Shown: piece by piece, positions 9,335 to 18,366 of the stretch
Position numbering within the stretch: position 1 is the first letter of the stretch
How the letters are laid out: each line of letters opens with the position of its first letter
Virus record (IMG/VR): IMGVR_UViG_3300021960_000018
Length of the DNA: 64,000 nucleotides
Source of the DNA: a virus
Direction: 5' to 3' (one strand)
The notes under the pieces: model-generated
What the model was told of the DNA's origin: nothing
Database searches by the model: none
What the model saw: only the letters and a program-made list of their open reading frames with translations
Position numbers and translations under genes: made by a program

Positions 9335-9956
9335 CCAGAATTTCTCTCTTACCAGCAAATATTTCTAAATCTAAAAAGATAGATCGTACATCATATGCTT
9401 TTTTATAAACATCAAACTCTTGCTGGATTGTATTCATTACTAGTCTTTTATCCCAGTGTCTTTGTTCTACACAGGGTTCTTGAATAAGAGCATTGGGGGA
9501 TTTATAGTATTCTGTAACAACCTTTGTAAAAAATTCAAAGTGATCATTAGGTCTATACAAGAGTACAGCACTGAACAATACCATGTCCACTGGAAAGTCA
9601 ACGATAAAAGATGCCTTATCATTCCAGCTTTCGTTTCTGAATTCGATGTTATTATAATCTTTCCATTTGTCTATAGCTAACGCAATTGGTTCAATAGAGG
9701 TGTCAAAGCCCATATATTGAAATTCAGTATATCCTCTTTCATAAAGAACATCTAAGACATTGCCTAATCTACAACCCACATCGACAATACCTTTACATTG
9801 TCTTTCGATAATAATATCGGCTTGTGCCTCAAATATGGGTCTGGCTTGCGGTGTATCCAAATAAGCCATAGAAGCAACATAGTAGTTTTCTTTTAGAGGA
9901 ACTTGGTGTCCATCTTGTATGTTTTCTAAATTGGGAAAAGGTACTACCAAAACCAA
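9315..9956 (-). CDS. Class I SAM-dependent methyltransferase
   Basis: IVDVGCRLG motif I, YMGFDTS, SAVLLY. Confidence 0.8.
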   Translation of the reverse strand: MVLVVPFPNLENIQDGHQVPLKENYYVASMAYLDTPQARPIFEAQADIIIERQCKGIVDVGCRLGNVLDVLYERGYTEFQYMGFDTSIEPIALAIDKWKDYNNIEFRNESWNDKASFIVDFPVDMVLFSAVLLYRPNDHFEFFTKVVTEYYKSPNALIQEPCVEQRHWDKRLVMNTIQQEFDVYKKAYDVRSIFLDLEIFAGKREILDVQIHS

Positions 9957-10474
9957 ACTCCCATGCTATATCTAACGCCATCTGATACTGGAGTTACCTT
10001 GTGTGGATATAAAAACATTGATGGGAAAATTATAGTATCTCCAATTTCCATATCGATTTTTTGTTCAAGAATATAAAATTCTCCGCCTTCAAAGTCTTTA
10101 TTTAATAACGTAACAGCACTTAAAACTGGTCTACAAATGTGATTTTTACAAAACGGAATGAATATATGATCTGCATGATTTTCAATTCCATGCCCTACGA
10201 CATATTTAACGAATATTGGTTTAGTGTTGCCAGAAATATTCGGGGAAATAACTGATAATGATTCAATGTATCGAGTATATTTCTCTTTTAATCCTTCCCA
10301 TTTTGTTTGAAGTTCTGTTATAAGATCTTTATCTTCTGTATGTCCATTAAGGGGATATATTGAACCATTATCTCTCAAGATCCCTTCAGATTCTATTTTT
10401 TTAATAATATTATTACATTCGTCTACGGTAAAATAGTTTTTAACCACATAAGAATAATCAATTAAGTTTTGCAT
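9944..10474 (-). CDS. Prolyl-4-hydroxylase-like 2OG-Fe(II) oxygenase
   Basis: HAD, LNKDFEGGEF, FPS..YPHKVTPV..GVRYS. Confidence 0.9.
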   Translation of the reverse strand: MQNLIDYSYVVKNYFTVDECNNIIKKIESEGILRDNGSIYPLNGHTEDKDLITELQTKWEGLKEKYTRYIESLSVISPNISGNTKPIFVKYVVGHGIENHADHIFIPFCKNHICRPVLSAVTLLNKDFEGGEFYILEQKIDMEIGDTIIFPSMFLYPHKVTPVSDGVRYSMGVWFW

Positions 10475-11265
10475 ATCACACCGTAATCACTTGCAATTCG
10501 CCATTGAAGTCTTGGACCCATTACAGGTGTGCGTCTATGCAAAGTCATAAATTGATCCATTAAAAAAAGATCACCCTCAGCAAATACGTGATGCACTTGG
10601 TATTTGCTTTTGAAAATTTTAGGTTTTAATTTTGAGATCATTTCTTCATGATCAATTTTCTTTTTACCTTCCCATGCCCCAATAATAAAGTGATAAGGGA
10701 AATAAAAATAATCAACACCCGTATGAGGATGCTGACCAACTAATGGTCTAATACTACCTTTGTTCTTACTCATAAACTCAAGCTCTGGATCATCTTCATC
10801 TAGATGATACATTGTATCGTTTTGAAATTTTAATCTGATAGTAATTGATTTCCAATACTCTTGTTCGTCAGCACTCATATCGTAAAACGGCCGACTGGTA
10901 TTGCAAATGCTCAGCGTTGTATTAACATCCCCTTTGATACAATACAATCCAATAAGGATCTTATCAATGAGATGCCTACTGTTACCGTTGCTGTGCCATC
11001 CAAGCTCTCCATCACCAAACATACCAATCTTTTTGCCTTCTGAGTCTCTTTCTCCGGTGACAAAAAAGATTTCTGGGTAGTCTTTGTGATTCATGAATAA
11101 GCCAGGTGCTTCACATTCCCCAATACGTTTAAAGGTTGAAACATACTGCTGTTCATTTAATTCTTGGTCGTATAGTAATGCACAACCCTCGGTCATAACA
11201 TTATTAATTAATTCTTTTAATTCTTGATCATTGTAATTGTAAATCTGTGAGGTCATCGGTTCCAT
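10462..11265 (-). CDS. TauD/TfdA family dioxygenase
   Basis: LGWHSN, PLV..HP.TG, GDL..MDQ..TLHRR. Confidence 0.8.
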   Translation of the reverse strand: MEPMTSQIYNYNDQELKELINNVMTEGCALLYDQELNEQQYVSTFKRIGECEAPGLFMNHKDYPEIFFVTGERDSEGKKIGMFGDGELGWHSNGNSRHLIDKILIGLYCIKGDVNTTLSICNTSRPFYDMSADEQEYWKSITIRLKFQNDTMYHLDEDDPELEFMSKNKGSIRPLVGQHPHTGVDYFYFPYHFIIGAWEGKKKIDHEEMISKLKPKIFKSKYQVHHVFAEGDLFLMDQFMTLHRRTPVMGPRLQWRIASDYGVICKT

Positions 11266-11848
11266 CCAAACTAAACATTAATGCAATTCTTGGTTTATCA
11301 CTCATATTCACTACAGCATGTGGATAACCAATATTTAAAAAGTAAGCGTTTCCGTCTTCTAAATTATATGCCTCTAATTTTCCATCACGTTTAAATAAGT
11401 TAACAACATTATTACCACCGTAGATTGGACAAATACATCTAACGGCATAATCGACATCATAGTCAACATGAAATGGAATTGTTTTGCCCGGAGCAAGTTT
11501 GGTAATACGAATTCTGCTAGCTTTAGCTTTCAATTGTGTGACAATCTTTTCAAAATAACTACCAGTATATTCTGGTGTAGGAACATTGTATAGATGTTCC
11601 TCTCTACGTCTAAGTCGTTCTTTAATACTGGCAGTGTAAGGCATTAGCTCACTGGGTTCAGTGAGATTAATCTGTTCAAAGTTATCATAAACGTTTTTTA
11701 CTAATTCCATGTGATTATCACACAGCATTGGGTTGGCAGATCTTACATCAGTATACTTGGATGCAAGTTGATCTGCAGCCTCTCTTAACAATTCTAGATC
11801 AATCTCTAGACCTAAGTTAGCATAAGTCGGTAAGTTATGTTTTTTCAT
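11228..11848 (-). CDS. Aspartyl/asparaginyl beta-hydroxylase family protein
   Basis: RITKLAPG..IPFHVD, NIGYPHAVVN...RIAL. Confidence 0.8.
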   Translation of the reverse strand: MKKHNLPTYANLGLEIDLELLREAADQLASKYTDVRSANPMLCDNHMELVKNVYDNFEQINLTEPSELMPYTASIKERLRRREEHLYNVPTPEYTGSYFEKIVTQLKAKASRIRITKLAPGKTIPFHVDYDVDYAVRCICPIYGGNNVVNLFKRDGKLEAYNLEDGNAYFLNIGYPHAVVNMSDKPRIALMFSLDGTDDLTDLQLQ

Positions 11849-12666
11849 TACTCAATTCCTGTTATACACAATCTTGCAATATCTCGATACCTACGACGTG
11901 TTTGATAATAATCATCAGTACTGGTACCTATAAAATAAGTATCGCTAGGATTTAAATCATATTTCCAACAAACTTGTTTTTGGGTTTCTTTATATCTATG
12001 ATACATTTCATCAACTGTGAATTTGTTCATTATAGCTTTCATAATAATAGCAGCAGAATAATTAAAACACTCAACCTTTTTTAGTGGATGTAAAGTAGGA
12101 TGAGGTTTTTTGGTATACACTAGTCCACATCTTTGACCGATCAATCCAAACCCCTTACTAAAGCTAAACATTACTTGTTCAGTATTCACAGGTGCAACTA
12201 TTCTTTTAATAGGGGTTGAAGAAATATAAGCGCAATCTAAAATGATAGGCACATCGATGTTATCAAATTCAAATATGTTTCCATCGTAGCATCTTGGATT
12301 ACTAATGTACAACACGTGATCTGGTAAAAGTTCTTCTACTTGCACGCCATTGCCAGATATCATTTGTGGCCACTGATACTCGCCTTCAAAATACTGCCAT
12401 GGTCTTCTATCACTCATTCTCCAATGATTAATAGCTTCTGTAGCTCCAGATGTAACATAGGCATAAGAAAAATCTGAAAGATCTATAATACTACTTACCC
12501 ATTTTCTGTGTAGATTAATAGTATCTTCTAGATCATAACTAGCAGCCCCAGTTCCTCTTTGATAATAGCTATCCGATATTCTTATGGAATTTAGAAGATC
12601 ATATACATCGGGCCAAATTGGAGATTGAACCCATTGACTATTTTTTAACAAAGAGCTTTTCTGCAA
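11848..12666 (-). CDS. PLP-dependent fold-type-I (aminotransferase-like) enzyme
   Basis: SGATEA, SNP...G, ILDCAY, SFSKGFGLIGQRCG (PLP lysine). Confidence 0.8.
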   Translation of the reverse strand: MQKSSLLKNSQWVQSPIWPDVYDLLNSIRISDSYYQRGTGAASYDLEDTINLHRKWVSSIIDLSDFSYAYVTSGATEAINHWRMSDRRPWQYFEGEYQWPQMISGNGVQVEELLPDHVLYISNPRCYDGNIFEFDNIDVPIILDCAYISSTPIKRIVAPVNTEQVMFSFSKGFGLIGQRCGLVYTKKPHPTLHPLKKVECFNYSAAIIMKAIMNKFTVDEMYHRYKETQKQVCWKYDLNPSDTYFIGTSTDDYYQTRRRYRDIARLCITGIE

Positions 12667-13273
12667 GCCACCCTCCGGTATCCCATTTATGAAGTCTTAC
12701 ACGTCTCCAGTTGTCGTGATGATTTCTGTGAAAGCCTTCACCTGCTACAAAGAAGTTTAACCACCATTTATTAGATCCACCTTCATCGGAATGTCCATAA
12801 GTATTTAAAAGGCCAAAGCCCACCTTTGCAAATACAAATGGAATGGCCGCATACGCTAACCAAAAATATGGGCTGATCAAAAAACTAATAACATTGTGAG
12901 CCAGTAATAATTTTTTATGGTGGTTATGAAAGAAAACTAAACGTGGATTGCTATACAGATCCCTTGCATATTTCATGGGTATCTTGGGAACGTCCCAGGT
13001 TGTAGTCAATACCTTCCATCTACCAATGTATTGCCAAGCGTGGGGATCTTTTTCTGTATCACTATGCTGATGATGCATTCTGTGACTGGCTATCCACCCA
13101 ATAGGGGATCTAATATAAGCGACAGATAACATGAATAGGCCCATAACCTCAAACCACACAGGCACTTTAAACTGTCGGTGACAGTAATGACGATGTAATA
13201 AAATTGACGCTCCAAAATGAGATATAATCTGACTCCAGATTAATCCAATAATAATGATAAAAACTAATGTCAT
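12638..13273 (-). CDS. Membrane fatty-acid desaturase family protein
   Basis: His boxes HRHYCH, HRMHH, GEGFHRNHH; TM segments. Confidence 0.9.
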   Translation of the reverse strand: MTLVFIIIIGLIWSQIISHFGASILLHRHYCHRQFKVPVWFEVMGLFMLSVAYIRSPIGWIASHRMHHQHSDTEKDPHAWQYIGRWKVLTTTWDVPKIPMKYARDLYSNPRLVFFHNHHKKLLLAHNVISFLISPYFWLAYAAIPFVFAKVGFGLLNTYGHSDEGGSNKWWLNFFVAGEGFHRNHHDNWRRVRLHKWDTGGWLAEKLFVKK

Positions 13274-13926
13274 CTGCCTGCTAGTGGGTTATCCAATGCC
13301 TCTTGTAATCTCATTTCAAGATCAGTTCTAAGGGTTCTCATATTAGTATCTATACGCTCCTCTGTATCCCGCATTGTATCACGTACGTCCTTTTCTGATT
13401 CGCGGATAGTCCCTTCGACTTCCCGAATAGAAGCAGTTACATCTTTTTCCTGCTGGTTCATGTCCGCGCGCACGCCCTCGAGAGTCGCTTCAATTGAGAC
13501 CTGTGTTGCTTTAATCCTTGCCTCTGCATCTTCTAAAGATTGACCTACGCGGATTTCTAGTTCTCGCATATCTCTTTCAACTCTATCGGTCGTCTGTTCA
13601 ATGCGTAGAATATCGTCTCTTAGGCCGTTTTTAATATCGCGCGTGTACGCGATCGCTTCTTCTAGTTTAATCTCTATTTCATTATTACGAGCTTCAATAG
13701 CATCAGTATCAATATTGGCAATGATTTCTTTCATCCCCATATAGTCATTATAGACTTGGAATGCACCATAAAGTCCGCCAATAATAGAACTGATAATAGC
13801 AAAGGCTGCACCAATTGTAGTCGGCGTTACAGTAATACCAAATACTTTCATTTTGGTATTTTTAAGATTTTCTATTTCTTCTTCGAACGCTTCTGTTAGT
13901 TCGCCTAAGTCTTTATCTTCTGCCAT
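13270..13926 (-). CDS. Membrane-anchored coiled-coil protein
   Basis: One TM (IGAAFAIISSIIGGLYGAF) followed by a long heptad-rich region. Confidence 0.7.
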   Translation of the reverse strand: MAEDKDLGELTEAFEEEIENLKNTKMKVFGITVTPTTIGAAFAIISSIIGGLYGAFQVYNDYMGMKEIIANIDTDAIEARNNEIEIKLEEAIAYTRDIKNGLRDDILRIEQTTDRVERDMRELEIRVGQSLEDAEARIKATQVSIEATLEGVRADMNQQEKDVTASIREVEGTIRESEKDVRDTMRDTEERIDTNMRTLRTDLEMRLQEALDNPLAGR

Positions 13927-13928
13927 TC

Positions 13929-14378
13929 TTACTCCTCGAACTGTAAAGCCCTGAGTGCTGAGATTTCTTCTTGCAGTTTTAAAATCTCCATTTGTCTTGC
14001 TTGTAGTTCTAATTCGAATAGTCTATTACAATCGATTCTTTCTTTAGGTTTAGCACCAAGCGGAATAACGATACGAGCAAATACACCAATATCAGCGAAA
14101 GGATCTAGATATTGATCATTGTAATACCAATCACCGTTATTAATAACGCCCATTACTCCGAACTCTAGATTAGTAGCCGAACCAATAGCATTAGCACATT
14201 CTAAGTCACCGGCTCTAATCCTATCTTGCATATTATTAGTAGAGGCTTGCGGCATGCTTAAGTTAATCGCACCGCTTTGATTCGGTAATAGATTTTGTGC
14301 TATAGCCGGATCAGGGAGATTACCTGATACGCAACCTGCAATAAACATTGGTAGGATTAAACCCAAATATTTCATCAC
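13929..14378 (-). CDS. Putative lipoprotein with beta-hairpin and C-terminal coiled coil
   Basis: Lipobox IAGC; LEFGVMG...DIGVFARIVIPLG; two further Cys. Confidence 0.7.
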   Translation of the reverse strand: MMKYLGLILPMFIAGCVSGNLPDPAIAQNLLPNQSGAINLSMPQASTNNMQDRIRAGDLECANAIGSATNLEFGVMGVINNGDWYYNDQYLDPFADIGVFARIVIPLGAKPKERIDCNRLFELELQARQMEILKLQEEISALRALQFEE

Positions 14379-14746
14379 TTTTCTCCATCAATCTTAGAAC
14401 AAATAAGAGAAGCTACATTAGTAATATTATCTGCCATAGATCTGGAACAAATATATGTAATTCGATTAATGTCAGATTTTCTAAAATATAGTTTTGCTTC
14501 TATCCCTTGCCCATATTCAAGCTTTACATATCGATCAAACGATGCAAATTCAATTGGTACCCAATCTTCAGTATAAACTTCGAATTGATATCTATCAGCA
14601 TCTTCCCTACGATTAAATAGTTCTACTGTACTCATATAAATGTTATTATATGGGGTAGGAATAATCTTAAAATAGGTAGGTGTCATTTCATGAGCTGCAG
14701 CACCAGTAGAAAACATTAGTGCTGCAGCTAATAATAATTTTTTCAT
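14375..14746 (-). CDS. Exported protein, possible PapD-like pilus chaperone domain
   Basis: Sec signal ending AAA; xxPTY start, beta-rich, C-terminal Cys pair. Confidence 0.5.
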   Translation of the reverse strand: MKKLLLAAALMFSTGAAAHEMTPTYFKIIPTPYNNIYMSTVELFNRREDADRYQFEVYTEDWVPIEFASFDRYVKLEYGQGIEAKLYFRKSDINRITYICSRSMADNITNVASLICSKIDGEK

Positions 14747-14759
14747 CTTATAAGTTCCC

Positions 14760-15263
14760 TTACTGGGCGATGCACTCCGCCGTTACAATGGCCACATAGT
14801 TACCAGCAGGAAATGCTTTATCATAACCATAATTGGCTGTTGATGTTACTTTAAACCAAACCGTTCCAGCTTCAGTTAGATCGAATTCAGTCGTATTATT
14901 ATATTCAATTTTATTTGTATCGTAAGCCGACATAGCAGCATCTGTTACTTCGGCAACCTCGACTTCGCCAGTCCAAGTTACTGTATCAGATAGAGATGGC
15001 GAGCTTTGGAATTCATTTGGCCAAGAAATTTTGGCGACATATGAATCTGCCAAAGCAACATCATATCTGATCTTTGGCATTACACCACCATCTGTAGTAA
15101 CAGTAGTTAGTTCGTCTGGTGTTGGCTGTGCGTAAACACCATTGATATCTGTATGGATTGTACATTTAGATTGTACAGTTCCATAAATTGGGCTGTTATT
15201 AGCTGAAGCGGTGAGTGTTGACCCAGCCAAAACAGCAGTAACAGCAAAAACTTTTTTGAACAT
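14760..15263 (-). CDS. Exported pilin/fimbrial-subunit-like protein
   Basis: Sec signal; GTVQSKC N-terminal strand; C-terminal PAGNYVAIVTAEC (G-x-Y followed by an alternating strand). Confidence 0.55.
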   Translation of the reverse strand: MFKKVFAVTAVLAGSTLTASANNSPIYGTVQSKCTIHTDINGVYAQPTPDELTTVTTDGGVMPKIRYDVALADSYVAKISWPNEFQSSPSLSDTVTWTGEVEVAEVTDAAMSAYDTNKIEYNNTTEFDLTEAGTVWFKVTSTANYGYDKAFPAGNYVAIVTAECIAQ

Positions 15264-16153
15264 TAGTTCTCTCCGTTATTGTTTTCGTATTGTGAACGTA
15301 CCATCGCCCGGTGGTTAGCATCATTCGCTAGGCTTCTAAGTACACTCCCATTATCTGGCAATTGTGAATCCACTAATACTAAAACATCCTGATAAGTACC
15401 ACCAGGAATACTCGTAGCATAATACTGTTCAAAAGCTGGGACTGAGCCCATTTGTAATATTACTTCGGCCTGATTAATAGTTCCAGCTAATTCAGCAATA
15501 CTAGTTTTTGCATCTAGTTGCTGTTCTAACTCGGACTCTTCATCGGCATTTTCTTCCATAACAACTTGTTCTTCTTCAACATCGACTTCTTGTTCTAATT
15601 GTCTTTGAACCCATTCATTGTAATATGGATCATTGAAATCAGGATTATTTAAAAGTCCATTCTCAAGTAAGTAATCATATAAAGCCTGTTCAAATCCTGG
15701 GCATCTTGGATCATCAAGAGGTACCATACAGGTGTCATATCTGTATCTATATCTTACTGTGGCGTCAGTTACTTCACCTTCGCCTTCAGTGACTATTTCG
15801 CCATCTCCAAATCTAGTTCCTAATATACCGCCTAGCGGATCATAACCAACTATTGTATTACCAGGCAACCCACTCCAATCATCAGTGTGGGTGTAGATAT
15901 ATCCTACTGCATCATTATCCTTGTTTCTAATTGTTACCAGTAAGTCAGCATCCGGATCTTTTACTGTGGTATAACGAAATAATACACCGTCAATAACTAA
16001 CCCCGATTGTGGGGGTAGAAGATCTGGCATATACCAATAATATCCATTGACCGCGGCATTCCCAGTAACGCCAGGGATTATTTCAGAGCGCAAGGAGGAG
16101 GAGTAACAAACCACCAACAGTGGCAAGACCACCCGCAGTAGATTTAGTCTCAT
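15263..16153 (-). CDS. Exported acidic protein
   Basis: Signal-like N-terminus, beta-rich domain, C-x7-C pair; TAATG coupling to the next gene. Confidence 0.65.
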   Translation of the reverse strand: MRLNLLRVVLPLLVVCYSSSLRSEIIPGVTGNAAVNGYYWYMPDLLPPQSGLVIDGVLFRYTTVKDPDADLLVTIRNKDNDAVGYIYTHTDDWSGLPGNTIVGYDPLGGILGTRFGDGEIVTEGEGEVTDATVRYRYRYDTCMVPLDDPRCPGFEQALYDYLLENGLLNNPDFNDPYYNEWVQRQLEQEVDVEEEQVVMEENADEESELEQQLDAKTSIAELAGTINQAEVILQMGSVPAFEQYYATSIPGGTYQDVLVLVDSQLPDNGSVLRSLANDANHRAMVRSQYENNNGEN

Positions 16154-16661
16154 CGCTCATTCCTTTTAATACGCCTTCTCCCTCAGCCGGTTGATCACCA
16201 CTATTTGCCGCCCAAGCTGCTTTCGCTTCATCGCCAATTAATCCATCAAATGGACAAGGAGTTCCAGCATTCATCATAGCAGAAAATACATCTGGATCTT
16301 GACACATTACAGATACTGCAGCAACCTTCATGCCCATATCATATAGTACTTTAGCATTTTTCAATCTTAAACAGTTTTCTTCGGTAAACACCGTACCAGC
16401 GGAAATACCCAAGATCTGCGTTTGAACTGCTCCTGCCACCCCAATAGTACATAAATCCGAATTAGCAGAATTTATGGATGGGGATATAGCCGAAGGAGGT
16501 GGTGAAATAACCGTTGTAGTAGAAGTAGAGTCTACTGTGCTAGTACCGTCTGTACGAGTACAAATATAACCTTCCGGACAAGTTACCTCTTGTGCAAGAG
16601 ATGCAGATGCATACACTATACCAAATAATAGCAACGTAATCCTTAAAACATATTTAACCAT
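16083..16661 (-). CDS. Exported Cys-rich protein with C-terminal membrane anchor
   Basis: Sec signal, six Cys, GGLLLLLLAL tail. Confidence 0.7.
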   Translation of the reverse strand: MVKYVLRITLLLFGIVYASASLAQEVTCPEGYICTRTDGTSTVDSTSTTTVISPPPSAISPSINSANSDLCTIGVAGAVQTQILGISAGTVFTEENCLRLKNAKVLYDMGMKVAAVSVMCQDPDVFSAMMNAGTPCPFDGLIGDEAKAAWAANSGDQPAEGEGVLKGMSDETKSTAGGLATVGGLLLLLLAL

Positions 16662-16696
16662 TTTATTTTCCTAGAGGATTATTATTCATTCATGGC

Positions 16697-16704
16697 TATT
16701 TATA
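16697..16704 (-). promoter_or_regulatory. T4 late promoter TATAAATA
   Basis: Exact consensus just upstream of the 16661 start. Confidence 0.8.
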
Positions 16705-16723
16705 TAAAAAAAATTCTATTCAT

Positions 16724-16756
16724 AAAAAAAAGGGGCAGCTTTCGCCACCCCTTTTT
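16724..16756 (-). terminator. Intrinsic terminator
   Basis: AGGGGTGGC-GAAA-GCTGCCCCT followed by a T run. Confidence 0.85.
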
Positions 16757-16775
16757 ATTTCTAATATCTTATATA

Positions 16776-17150
16776 TTAGAACGAGAAAGCAACACCGAGT
16801 GTAATTTCGCCCATATCCATGGCATCAAGATCCCATGAAGATTTAACGTAGGCAGTGGCCATATCATTTAGACCATAGGAGGCTGAAAGATCAATGACTG
16901 GAAGCGAACCAAAAGCGTCCATAAGAACGAGTTCGTTGTCATAGACTACAACATCAGTTGAAGCAGCGAAAATAAAGCCCCAGTTGGTGTAACCAATTTC
17001 AGGGGTTACGACAACGGACATGTCACCAGCGTTGACAGTGTATTCAGCAACAGCATTAGTATTTAGCAATAGACCGGTATTACCGATTTCAGCAGCCGAA
17101 GCAGCAGAAGCGGCAAGAAGAGCAGCAGTGGTAAAAGCAGCTAGTTTCAT
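16776..17150 (-). CDS. Small outer-membrane beta-barrel (porin-like) protein
   Basis: Sec signal; amphipathic strands; C-terminal TLGVAFSF beta-signal. Confidence 0.7.
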   Translation of the reverse strand: MKLAAFTTAALLAASAASAAEIGNTGLLLNTNAVAEYTVNAGDMSVVVTPEIGYTNWGFIFAASTDVVVYDNELVLMDAFGSLPVIDLSASYGLNDMATAYVKSSWDLDAMDMGEITLGVAFSF

Positions 17151-17170
17151 TTTAGATTTCCTTAATTTAC

Positions 17171-17392
17171 TTATTTACGAGACCAGATTTCATATAGAAC
17201 CCAAACAGCGATCAGACCAACAAGGCCTTGAGAACCGAGAGCAGCAACAATAGCAGAAACGTTGCCAATGACGCTGACACCAGCGATAGATGGCATCCCA
17301 AGAACTTCCAGAACGATACCAAGAGCCAAGAGACTGACACCTAGCTCAGCAACTTGACCAATAACAGATTTAACTTTGTTTAGAACTTCCAT
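17171..17392 (-). CDS. Small membrane protein
   Basis: Two hydrophobic segments; AGGA SD. Confidence 0.7.
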   Translation of the reverse strand: MEVLNKVKSVIGQVAELGVSLLALGIVLEVLGMPSIAGVSVIGNVSAIVAALGSQGLVGLIAVWVLYEIWSRK

Positions 17393-17414
17393 ATTAGACT
17401 TCCTTTATGTTTGA

Positions 17415-17737
17415 GAAATTGGGCCCGTTCTGTTTCTAGGTGGAACCCATACCCACTTAGCAAAAAGCAGTTCTTAGGCTGCTAAAGCCAGAGGAGCAAA
17501 GTTATCGTTTGCATTTAGTTTAATTGATCTATACGCGATCATCCGGTAAACTCCACTCAATCTTCACACCTGTCGATCCTATTTCGACCCCATCATAAGC
17601 ACACCGGCAGTTAAACATGCATTCTTTTAACTAATCCGCCCTAAACTAATAATTGATTAGTACCGATGTGCTTATGGTGGAGTCGCTGGGTACCGCCCCC
17701 AGGTCCAGAATGTGTCCACGTTGCTTCAACGTTTACA
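17415..17737 (-). ncRNA. ssrA: Circularly permuted (two-piece) tmRNA
   Basis: Acceptor piece ...CTGGGGGCGGTACCCAGCGACTCCACCA ends at 17675; coding piece starts GGGGTCGAAATAGGATCGAC at 17591; tag ANDNFAPLALAA* at 17512-17474; outer ends approximate. Confidence 0.93.
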
Positions 17738-17749
17738 AACATACTTATA

Positions 17750-18328
17750 TCATATGTTGTCTAGGTTGATGATCCCCATTGGTGCAAATTCTTGATGATG
17801 TGACATTTCGGTAACCTTAGGTGCATTCTTACCTAATAGATTATCGAACAACTGTTTAACACCAAGAGTAAGATCATCTACTGAACCGTTATTATCGATA
17901 ATAAAATCAGCCATCCACGGTTCAATACTGTTGCTTTCTTTGCTTTCTTCTTTAACATGCTCTGAGCGATCGACCCAGATAGCAATGTCGAATACACCAG
18001 CATTCTTCATAAAGGTGAATTCACGCTTGTTACGAAGACCACAGTAAATATCAGACTCTTTAAAGATTTCGCGGCCAAGTCGCGTTGGGTCTTCGGCACA
18101 ATAATTTGCTATGAGAGTATACCATCTTTTACGGTGCTTATGTCTATCTTTAAAGCATTCTTCTACAGTCTTATAACCAAATTCATGCTTAAGGACCGGG
18201 AAGACGACATGTTCAGCACAGAATTCACTGGACGAACGGAAAGACATACCGTAGAACATAGCTAAAAGCTCTGCTACGGTGTCTTTACCGTGACGACCAT
18301 GACCAACCAATACAATTTTAGGATTCAT
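17750..18328 (-). CDS. Deoxynucleoside monophosphate kinase-like P-loop protein
   Basis: GHGRHGKDT P-loop; GLRNKRE; DFIIDNNGS. Confidence 0.7.
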   Translation of the reverse strand: MNPKIVLVGHGRHGKDTVAELLAMFYGMSFRSSSEFCAEHVVFPVLKHEFGYKTVEECFKDRHKHRKRWYTLIANYCAEDPTRLGREIFKESDIYCGLRNKREFTFMKNAGVFDIAIWVDRSEHVKEESKESNSIEPWMADFIIDNNGSVDDLTLGVKQLFDNLLGKNAPKVTEMSHHQEFAPMGIINLDNI

Positions 18329-18334
18329 ACTAAT

Positions 18335-18364
18335 ATTATACCTTATTATTCAGAGGGTGTAAAC
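18335..18364 (-). promoter_or_regulatory. Early promoter TTTACA-N17-TATAAT
   Basis: Exact spacing; -10 ends 6 nt before the ATG. Confidence 0.75.
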
Positions 18365-18366
18365 CT

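Noticed and set aside
17675-17706. tRNA-like T-arm and CCA end
   Set aside because: It is the tmRNA acceptor piece; no standalone tRNA was found in the window
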